Below, piece by piece: positions 10,083 through 18,700 of a DNA stretch of 63,383 nucleotides. The stretch comes from an uncultured Methanomicrobiales archaeon. GTDB lineage: Archaea; Halobacteriota; Methanomicrobia; Methanomicrobiales; JACTUA01. The translations under genes and the position numbers were made by a program. The notes beneath the pieces are model-generated. The model did no database searches. It was not told where the DNA came from and worked only from the letters and a program-made list of their open reading frames with translations. Within the stretch, counting starts at the first letter, position 1, and the number at the start of each line of letters is the position of its first letter. The stretch is from NCBI GenBank assembly GCA_964551875.1, contig CAZKEV010000006.1, positions 1-63,383 of the forward strand, given 5' to 3'.

Positions 10083-10292
10083 ATGAAGATCAGTGCTCGT
10101 AACATCCTGAAAGGAAAAGTGAAGAAGATTACGCCGGGAAGCGTCAACTCGGAAGTCATCCTGGAACTGCCTGGGGGGCAGGAGATAACCTCGATCATCA
10201 CGAGAAAATCGGTGGAATCCCTCGGGCTTGCAGTCGGGAAACCGGCCTATGCCGTGATCAAGTCGAGCGAAGTGATGATTGCTGTAGACTGA
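10083..10292 (+). CDS. mop: Molybdenum-pterin-binding Mop/TOBE protein (molbindin, 69 aa)
   Basis: MKISARNILKGKV...ITSIITRKSVESLGLAVGKPAYAVIKSSEVMI is the classic Mop repeat. Confidence 0.93.
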   Translation: MKISARNILKGKVKKITPGSVNSEVILELPGGQEITSIITRKSVESLGLAVGKPAYAVIKSSEVMIAVD

Positions 10293-10441
10293 ATGTACCT
10301 TCCCTGTTTTTTCTCGGTTTGTATTCCGCCATCCCAGAACCGGCATCAGCACATAACGGGATTGTTCAGGGGACAGCCGGTGAACCGAACCCCCCGGGGG
10401 CACTTAGGACAGAAAAAAAGGAGGATGGGTCTCTCCTCGCG

Positions 10442-13400
10442 TTATTTCTTGAGCTTTTCGATGGCAATGCCGCCAAGGGTCAGGGGCGTAGTCGGATCGG
10501 CCGTGTCAGCGGCACCCGGCTGTGTATCGTATACCACAGCGCCCGTTGCCTTGTCCCAGATCCTGATCCGGAACAGGTCCTGTTGTGGTTTCGACCCGCC
10601 GTCGATCACCGAGACGAGGAAGCCGTAGGTCTTCTCCCCCTTGATCTTGCCGCTCCCCTGGTAGAAGGCCTTCTTTGCCTCCTTCTGGATCACGAGCCAG
10701 TCGTACGACATGGAGGTAAAGGCGATCTTCCCCTTCGGGAACTGGAACGCGGTCACCCCTTTGAAGGGCTCCTTCTTCAGGACCGGGTACCTCGCCAGGA
10801 ACTCCAGGGTGGCAGGACCGGTGGCAATCGGATCGGCTGCCAGAGCCCCCGCGGGGGACTTGATGCTCCCAGCTCCCGCCACGAACCCGCTCTGCGGGTC
10901 ATAGACGATGAACTGGGTGCTGCTGGTGGCCGTTGCTTCAACCCCCATACTGTCCTTGAGGGTCACCTTCACGATGTAGAACCCTGGCATGGTGTAGGCG
11001 TGGCTTCCGGTGATGGAGTGGGCCGTCTCGTCCACAACGCCCGCTGACGTGGTCCCATCGCCCCAGTCAAAGACCGCGGTGTGGGTGTCGTACGGGTCGG
11101 TGAAATAAGCCACGGCGGTTGCGTCAGTACCGACCTTCACCGGGTCCGTGGAAATGGTGAGGGAGTCGATGACCGGCCGGAGGTTCAGGATGATGGTGTT
11201 GATCCCGCCGACTTGGAGCCCGCCTGTGGGAACGCCCACGCCCTTCAGCTTCAGCGGCCAGTTCTTGTCGGTCTCCGGGAAGGTGGCACCGTTCAGGGTG
11301 CTGGTCACGATGTAGTCGTTGCTCCGGACCGTGGGCACGCTGTCAAAGACCTTCGTGTAGCCATCCCTGGCCTTGACCACGATATCGTAGCCTGCCAGTG
11401 CCAGCTCCTCGTTGTATGCCGTGTTGGAGTGCATGTCCGCGTCGTCCACGAAGCCTGCCAGGAACCAGAGGGGCATGCCGTTCCAGGTCCCCTTGGAGTC
11501 GGTGTAGCTCACCCCGTGGTTCGCCCCGAACTGGCAGGCCAGGGCCTGCTCGAAGTAAGTCTTGGCCACGGTGTAGGCGATCCCGCCCACCCGGGTGCCG
11601 TCCAGCTGGAGGTCCCACTGGGTCTCAGGTTTCGTGTAGACCCGGATCTCTGTCACGTACTTGGCAGATAGACCGGCGGCTGATGGGTATAGGATACCCG
11701 GGGCATACTGCCCGTAGTCCGGGTCCGAGGGGTCATAGGACTGGTAGTAGTAGTGCCAGTAACCGGGCGGCATCGTCTCGTGCATGTCCCACTGGGCGTA
11801 GATGTGGTCATCGGGCATGAAGAAGAGCCGCATGCCGTCCGCATAGCTCGGTACGTACTTCCCGTCGGCGTACCAGGCCAGGATCGCGTCACCCTGGAGT
11901 GCCTGGATGGCCGGTGTGGTGTACACGCTGGTGTAGGGCAGGATGGTCTTGTACCCATCGGAGGCGACGAGGACCAAGTCTGTGCCGGCTCCCATGCCGC
12001 CGACGAGGCTCACCAGGTCATAGAGCCGGGTACCCTTCACGGCATTGGAGATCTTGAACCCGCCCTTGGTCTGGTCGTACTGTCCCCAGATATCGGTCGG
12101 GTCCATGGTGACCCCCTGGAACTTGTACTGGTTGGTCCCGTCGCCGATTGTGTCGAACTGGGCAATCATCGCGGTGTAGTCGATCAGTACCTCATCTACC
12201 ACCGTCGTCCGGTCATCCCCGTACTTCACGATGTGGAGCTTCGGAATCTGCACGGGTACCCCGAACTCGGTGAGCTCGATCTCGGCAATCTTCCCCACGC
12301 TGCCCCCACCCAGGGCCCCGTTGGGTTTGGTCACGGCATCGCCGACGAGCCTCAGCGGGCCACTGGTGGTGAGCGGAGCACCGTCCATCATGGTGGCGAT
12401 GATGTACCGGTTACTCCACGCCACGTCGGTGCTCGCAAAGGTCTTCGCAAAGCCATCGCTTGCCTTCACGGTAACCTTGTAACCGGCCATGGCCTGGACC
12501 GCGTTGAACTCGTGAGGCTGGCGGTCGTCAACCCAGCCGGCCAGGAACCAGAGGGGGATACCGGACCAGACATGGGTCTCCTTGATACTGCCATCATCAT
12601 TCTTGATGACCTGCGTCCACTCCACGTAGTGGCCGGATGCCGGGCACCCGAGCCCTTCCTCGATCTCTACCTGGGAGAGGACGTCGGTGATCTTCCCCTT
12701 CACAGCCAGGTTGTAGCTGCCCGGTTCCGCCGGGGGCGTCTGGAGCTCCAGGATCTCGATCCGAACGATCGTCCCCACCCGGTCTTTCCCGGAAGTGATG
12801 GCGGGGCCATTCAGCTTCAGCGGATAGCCGTCCGCTGCCGTCAGCTCCACGCCGTTCTTCTTGTTGGCCACGATATAGCCATCATTGCGCTTCACCTGGG
12901 CACTGGTGAATGTCCTGCTGTAACCGTCGGCCGCAACCATCTTGACGGTGTAGCCGGCGTCTGCCACCGTGTCGCTGAACGTCCAGTGATCCGCCAGCTC
13001 GATGTCATCCACGGATCCCAGGAGCACCCAGAGGGGCACACCGGACCACTTGGTACCGGATCCATCGGTCCACTCAATGTAGTGGTCGGACATGGGGCAG
13101 GCGAGGCCTGCCTCGTACTCGGACTTGGGGATGGTGTCACCGACCTCCCCCAGCATTTGCAGGGTCCATGCTTCGGGAGGTTCCGGGAGACCTGAGAGCT
13201 CGATCCGCGCGATTCCTCCGATCTGCTGGCCTGTCAGAACCCCCGATCCCTTCAGGTGGAGGGGCCAGGAGGGCTTGCCTGCAGGGGTGGTGGGGGGGAG
13301 GGGGGCATCGTTCAGGGTATTGGCCACGATGTAGTTGTCGTTCCGGGCGATGGCTGCACTATCCAGAGTGATGGACGTGCCGTCCGACCCGATGACGTTC

Positions 13401-15037
13401 ACCTCGTAGTGCTCCGCGGCGATGTCGTCATTGAAGTTGAAGTGGAGCGGCCCCACGTCGGGATCGTCGTCCACCATGCCCACCAGGAACCAGAGCGGGA
13501 CCCCGCCCCATTCGTTCCCGTCGCCATCGGTCCAGAAGACCTGGTGGCCGGAGCTCGGGCAGGTGAGGCCCTCTTCGAAGTAGGCCTTGTCGACGGTTGT
13601 ATCCACCGCCCCCGAAAGCTCAAGGCTCCAGTCGGTGGGCATCGTGATGGCATCGATGTAGTCCGTCTTCACCTCGTCGTCAGAGCCCAGGGTGTTCGTC
13701 ACGGTGAGCTTCACCGTGTACTTCGCCACCATGTCGTAGGTGAAGGACGGGTTCTGCTCGGTGGAATCCACCGTGCCGTCGTTCTGGAAGTCCCACTCGT
13801 AGGAGAGGTGGGCAAGACCAGTGGACTCATCCTGGAAGTTCACGGTGAGGGGCGCCAGGCCGGTCAGGGGCGATGCCGAGAACTTCGCAACAGGATAATC
13901 GGGGGCCACGACGTCGGCCACGGTCTTAACCGCCGCCGTTGCCTCAACGATGGCCTGGGTGTAAGTCGGGTGAGCACCCCCGGAATATCCTGACACGTAG
14001 TAGAACTTAACCTCGTCATTGTCGTTGAGCTGGATGACGTTCAGGCCGTCAGGTGTGTTTCCATATCCGTCCTTGTAGACCTCGTTCACGTACGCGAACC
14101 ACTTGCCCGGGCTGTTGTACATGTAAGTGCCCACGTCGTCCAGCAGGAGCACGCTATCGTAGGTCCACCGCTTGTCGGTCACGCCGTAGGTGAGGCCGGT
14201 CGCGTGGAGAGCCCCCAGCGGGGTATCCTCCTGGATCGTGTAGCTGGTCATTTCCTTGGACAGCTGAGTGAAGGGGGCGTCCTGGACGAGCGTCACCGTG
14301 CCGTCGAAGAGCACATCCATCGTGGGCGGTGCGGGGTCGTCGCTGTAGATGAGAATCCTGTTAACATATTTCACCGAGAGCCCGCTGCTGGACGGCCAGA
14401 AGGTGCCGTCATAGTAGTAATGCCAGCGGTCCGCGGCCAGGTTCTCGTGCATATCCCAGTTGCCGAATACGTGATAGCCCCACGGGTTCGTGCTCGTATT
14501 GGCAAAGAAGAAGAGACGCATACCGCTGTAGAAATCGGGCGGGTAGCCAGTCCCCTGAGCTTCTCCTGTGCCATCCTCCCCGACATACCAGGCAAGCACC
14601 ATCCGGAAATAGTCCGGATTCGAATAGACATCATCGTAATCAAAACTCTTAGCAAAATTGTCCGTCGCTTTGATGGTGACATATTCGCCGGCATTCATGC
14701 CACCCACGAGGTTGCAGAGGTCCCTGACATCGGTTCCCTTCACTGCACCATAGTCCCGGGACATAACATTGACCTCTTCCGCCGGATCCCACATGTTGGC
14801 AGGATCGAACGTGGGGCCCTGGAAGTAGTAGTGGGTGGTCCCATCCCCGTAGACCGGGAGCCCCAGGTTGGTCTCCATGTCCGGGATGGATAGTGTTCGC
14901 TGATCCAGTACCGTCGTCCCGTCATTCGCATACTTGATGACGGTAACTTCTGTGGAGGCCGCCGCAGCCGGGAGCACGAGCACCAGGCCAGCCAGCAGCA
15001 GCACCATCAAAACCTTCTGCACTCTCGTATCAGTCAT
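10442..15037 (-). CDS. 1531-aa secreted multidomain protein: long SUOX-like domain, DUF4430/transcobalamin-like, PKD, 3 short Oxidored_molyb-like, second long domain, 4th short domain, PKD-like, conserved C-terminal domain
   Basis: Signal peptide (LLLAGLVLVLPAAAA); repeated W-x-G-[VIM]-P-L-W...[GA]-x-D-G...N/DG..L..PL.L.G...[VI]..I.L units; PKD motifs (APLTVNFQD, YEWDFQNDG). Confidence 0.85.
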   Translation of the reverse strand: MTDTRVQKVLMVLLLAGLVLVLPAAAASTEVTVIKYANDGTTVLDQRTLSIPDMETNLGLPVYGDGTTHYYFQGPTFDPANMWDPAEEVNVMSRDYGAVKGTDVRDLCNLVGGMNAGEYVTIKATDNFAKSFDYDDVYSNPDYFRMVLAWYVGEDGTGEAQGTGYPPDFYSGMRLFFFANTSTNPWGYHVFGNWDMHENLAADRWHYYYDGTFWPSSSGLSVKYVNRILIYSDDPAPPTMDVLFDGTVTLVQDAPFTQLSKEMTSYTIQEDTPLGALHATGLTYGVTDKRWTYDSVLLLDDVGTYMYNSPGKWFAYVNEVYKDGYGNTPDGLNVIQLNDNDEVKFYYVSGYSGGAHPTYTQAIVEATAAVKTVADVVAPDYPVAKFSASPLTGLAPLTVNFQDESTGLAHLSYEWDFQNDGTVDSTEQNPSFTYDMVAKYTVKLTVTNTLGSDDEVKTDYIDAITMPTDWSLELSGAVDTTVDKAYFEEGLTCPSSGHQVFWTDGDGNEWGGVPLWFLVGMVDDDPDVGPLHFNFNDDIAAEHYEVNVIGSDGTSITLDSAAIARNDNYIVANTLNDAPLPPTTPAGKPSWPLHLKGSGVLTGQQIGGIARIELSGLPEPPEAWTLQMLGEVGDTIPKSEYEAGLACPMSDHYIEWTDGSGTKWSGVPLWVLLGSVDDIELADHWTFSDTVADAGYTVKMVAADGYSRTFTSAQVKRNDGYIVANKKNGVELTAADGYPLKLNGPAITSGKDRVGTIVRIEILELQTPPAEPGSYNLAVKGKITDVLSQVEIEEGLGCPASGHYVEWTQVIKNDDGSIKETHVWSGIPLWFLAGWVDDRQPHEFNAVQAMAGYKVTVKASDGFAKTFASTDVAWSNRYIIATMMDGAPLTTSGPLRLVGDAVTKPNGALGGGSVGKIAEIELTEFGVPVQIPKLHIVKYGDDRTTVVDEVLIDYTAMIAQFDTIGDGTNQYKFQGVTMDPTDIWGQYDQTKGGFKISNAVKGTRLYDLVSLVGGMGAGTDLVLVASDGYKTILPYTSVYTTPAIQALQGDAILAWYADGKYVPSYADGMRLFFMPDDHIYAQWDMHETMPPGYWHYYYQSYDPSDPDYGQYAPGILYPSAAGLSAKYVTEIRVYTKPETQWDLQLDGTRVGGIAYTVAKTYFEQALACQFGANHGVSYTDSKGTWNGMPLWFLAGFVDDADMHSNTAYNEELALAGYDIVVKARDGYTKVFDSVPTVRSNDYIVTSTLNGATFPETDKNWPLKLKGVGVPTGGLQVGGINTIILNLRPVIDSLTISTDPVKVGTDATAVAYFTDPYDTHTAVFDWGDGTTSAGVVDETAHSITGSHAYTMPGFYIVKVTLKDSMGVEATATSSTQFIVYDPQSGFVAGAGSIKSPAGALAADPIATGPATLEFLARYPVLKKEPFKGVTAFQFPKGKIAFTSMSYDWLVIQKEAKKAFYQGSGKIKGEKTYGFLVSVIDGGSKPQQDLFRIRIWDKATGAVVYDTQPGAADTADPTTPLTLGGIAIEKLKK
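10497..10813. repeat. 317-bp direct repeat copy 1 (3' coding region of the 1531-aa gene)
   Basis: Base-by-base identical to 15822..16138 by visual comparison. Confidence 0.9.
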
Positions 15038-15379
15038 AGAACATCCTCACGGGTGGTTCTCATCATAGAGTTGATAACGGAGAGAAGTCAACATGTCCAA
15101 ATAAGAATGTTGTCATTTCCGATTTTGTCAATGCAATTTAATGAACAATATGAATAATTCGCGTTTCTCCCGGCGGATCCCACTCTTTCTCCATAAAGAT
15201 ACCGGTTGAGAGAATCTCCTCCGGCCATACCGATCCTGCAATGACGGCACCGTTTCCTGCCAATTCATCAGAATCTGATGGAAAACCATGTTCAGTGAAA
15301 ACAAATGAACCGGGCTTCGCGATGGCGATCCGGATAATCGTAAAGGGCTGGCACTCCGAAAAAAGGTACTGTGGGGTAG

Positions 15380-15770
15380 TTATTTCCCGCGCGCCCACCG
15401 GAGACGGATGACAGGCACTCCCAGCGCGCCCAGGGTCGCCGGCGCGCCAAAGCCGGGAATGCCCGGGGATCGCCCCTCCCCGCCGGCGCGCCGGCTGCCC
15501 CACCTTCGGCCACCACCACCGCCCGGGGTTTGAACCGGCTTCGTCGCGGCGGTGAGGGTCCCGGCGTTCCACATCCACCGCGGTGGGGAGAACTATCCAG
15601 CGGCCGTTAGACCGGTTGTACCGGGCCAGGGCCAACTTCTGCGCATTGTTCCCAGCTGCCTTCAGGTCCGCGCCGGTATACCACACGATGACGGTGGCGT
15701 CCTTTGAAGGAGCCTCATCACCCCGTCTCCCGGAAAAGGAATAAAGAGGGTAGCTTTCTCCTGAGGTCAC
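15380..15770 (-). pseudogene. Frameshifted remnant of the C-terminal third of the PGF-CTERM protein 21551..22930
   Basis: KDATV.V.Y..ADLKAAGN.A.KLALARY.RS, GTLTAAT, AVVV and GIPGFGA..LGALG pieces lie in three different frames, all matching 21551..21910. Confidence 0.85.
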
Positions 15771-18700
15771 TTCAGGAGTTTCTCGATGGCGATTCCGCCA
15801 AGGGTCAGGGGGGTCGTCGGGTCGGCCGTGTCAGCGGCACCCGGCTGTGTATCGTATACCACAGCGCCCGTTGCCTTGTCCCAGATCCTGATCCGGAACA
15901 GGTCCTGTTGTGGTTTCGACCCGCCGTCGATCACCGAGACGAGGAAGCCGTAGGTCTTCTCCCCCTTGATCTTGCCGCTCCCCTGGTAGAAGGCCTTCTT
16001 TGCCTCCTTCTGGATCACGAGCCAGTCGTACGACATGGAGGTAAAGGCGATCTTCCCCTTCGGGAACTGGAACGCGGTCACCCCTTTGAAGGGCTCCTTC
16101 TTCAGGACCGGGTACCTCGCCAGGAACTCCAGGGTGGCTGGACCGGTTGCGGCCGGATCGGCTGCCAGGGCTCCCGCAGGGGACCTGATGGCCCCCGCTC
16201 CTGCCACGAACCCGCTCTCCGGATCATAGACGATAACGGGCTGGGTGCTGGTGGCAGTTGCCGTGGCATCCCTGCTATCCGTCAGGGTCAGGCTCACCGT
16301 ATAAAAGCCCGGCCTGGTGTAGGCATGAGTCCCGGTCACCGAGCCCGAAATCTCCGATCCGGTCTGTTCGTCGACCACGCCGGCTGACGTGATCCCGTCG
16401 CCCCAGTCAAAGACGGCCGTGTGGGTGTCGGAGGGATCGCGGAAGGCCGCGGTCGCTGTGATCCCGGTGTTCACCAGGGTAGGTTCGGTGGGTGCGGTTA
16501 TGGAATCGATAACCGGGGGCGAATTCAGCGACATCACGACCGTCTCAAAGACCGTGCCCGGCGGGTACACCGTGGTGATGCTCTTGAGGTCAGCGGAGAC
16601 ATCCGCGACCCGGATCACCTCTGCTGTGGCAGTCTTTGCCACGGGATCCACGGTCACCTTGATATAGGCGAGGGCGTACTCGAGGCTGTTCTGGGAACCT
16701 TCGGCCCGCGGGGTCGCAAGGTTGTAGGCAGGCCCGCCACCGGTCCCCGAGACGAAGTAATGGATGTGATTCACCAGGAACCGTTCGTAGGCATGAACAT
16801 GCCCGTTGAAGACCGCGAGCACGTTGTTTGCATAGAACTCGTCCTCCCACTCTGCCCTGATATTCTCATATCCGCCGAAGTGCTTGGAATCGGAACTGTA
16901 GGGCGGGTAGTGGAACGAGACGAACCGGAAGGGTTTCTCCGTTGCCTGGAGGTCTCCCTCCAGCCATGCACTCTGTGTCGGGAAATCCGGCCATGCCCAG
17001 TCATTGCTGTCCAGGATGGTGAAATGCCCGTCCCCGCAGTCGAAGGAGTAGTAGTCAGGGACGCCGTAGGCGGCGACGTAGTTCGGACCGTTGTCATCAT
17101 GGTTCCCCCGCGCCGGGAAGACCGGGAGGCCGGCCATCATGTTCTTTCCGGCTGCAAAGTACCGGTCCCAGTCGTCCATGCTGGCAGCATCGTTCACGAG
17201 ATCCCCGGAGTTGAGCACGAAGAGCACGTCCGGCTCCTCCGCGATCCGGTCCGCGACCAGCTTGTGCCGCTCCAGCTGGCTGTAGGTGGGGAGCTGGTCC
17301 TGCGTGTCGCTGTACATGACGAAGGTGAACGCACCGCTCTCCGGGAAGGTCCGGAAGTGGAGGTCGCCGGTTTCCCGGGCGCCGTACAAGACCCGGTAGT
17401 GGTAGAGGGTATCGGGGGCCAGCCCGGCAAGCGAAACTTGGTGGAGCTGCGTGCTCACCCCGTCGCTGGCGGTCTGGTCGTACGCGGTGTGTGCCGAATA
17501 GTACTCGTCTGTGGCGTACTCCACGGTCATCTCCGTCGGCCTCGCGGTTTTCGCGTTCACCGTCAGGCCGGTCGCCGAAGCACCGGTGAGGTATGGGCCC
17601 CAGGTGAGCACCGGGCGCACCTCGATGAGGTCAGTCTTCGTCTCGGTGTCGCTCCCGGCGATGTTTGTCACCGTGAGGGAGACCGTGTACGTGCCGGGAT
17701 CAGTGTAGATCCAGGAGGGGAACTGCTCGGTGCTGTCCACCATCCCGTCGTTTGTGAAGTCCCAGGCATATGCGAGGGGAGTCGTCCCGGTCGACTTGTC
17801 AATGAACTGCACCTCCAGCGGGGCGATCCCGGTCATCGGATCCGCGATGAAGTCCGCGGCCGGGGGTGTCGGGGGTTCCGTCACGGTGATGAGCCCGATC
17901 TTCGTCTCGGTGCTGCTCCCGCCTTCATTCGTTGCCGTCAGGGAGACCGTGCAGGTCCCGGCGGTGCTGAAGGTGTGGGAGGGGCTCTGTGCCGTGTCGG
18001 TTGACCCGTCGCCAAAGTCCCAGGCCCACGATGTCGGGGAACCCGTCGATGCGTCTGTGAACTGGACCGTCAGGGGAGCATACCCGGACGTGGTATCTGC
18101 GGTGAAGGATGCAACCGGTGCCGGGGGTCCACCTCCTCCGGTATATGTCACCTCAAGATAGGGACGTTTCGTAGCGTCGGCGTATTCACTTGAATAAAAC
18201 TTGACATAGTTAGTACCCTGGGATTCGGTCTGATCCTTTACCAGCCATCCATAATTGGGAGTGCCATCAGTAAATGCCTGCACGTCTGATGTAATATCCC
18301 ACACGACCCAGGAATTCGCAGTTGTCCCGGTTGCAGCACTGGAAATTGGCATGAGAACATTCTTACCGAAAATATTCCTCCATGTTACCAAGGTCTCGAC
18401 CCAGCTCTCGGTTACCCTGTGGACGTCATAGGTCCTGCCAGTGCCGACAACAAGGCTCCAGATGTCAAGATGTAGTGTCGCGGAGTCGATGGAAGCACCG
18501 GCAGGTATCGAGGTAAGATCAAAGTGAACGACTGTCCGCCGGTTCATGCCAGCCCTTGACATCACGTAGAGATAGTCGTGAATATCATCCCCATTTCCAT
18601 CCGGTGAATTCTCCATCAGGAGACTGTCAGCATCGGCAGGAATTGTGACTGTGGTAACCCCTCCCCCGGAACTCTGGACCGTGATATAACCAGTCTTCAC

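Noticed and set aside
15138-15770. 210-aa ORF as an intact gene
   Set aside because: Homology to the 459-aa protein shifts frame repeatedly and the tail is junk; treated as a pseudogene.
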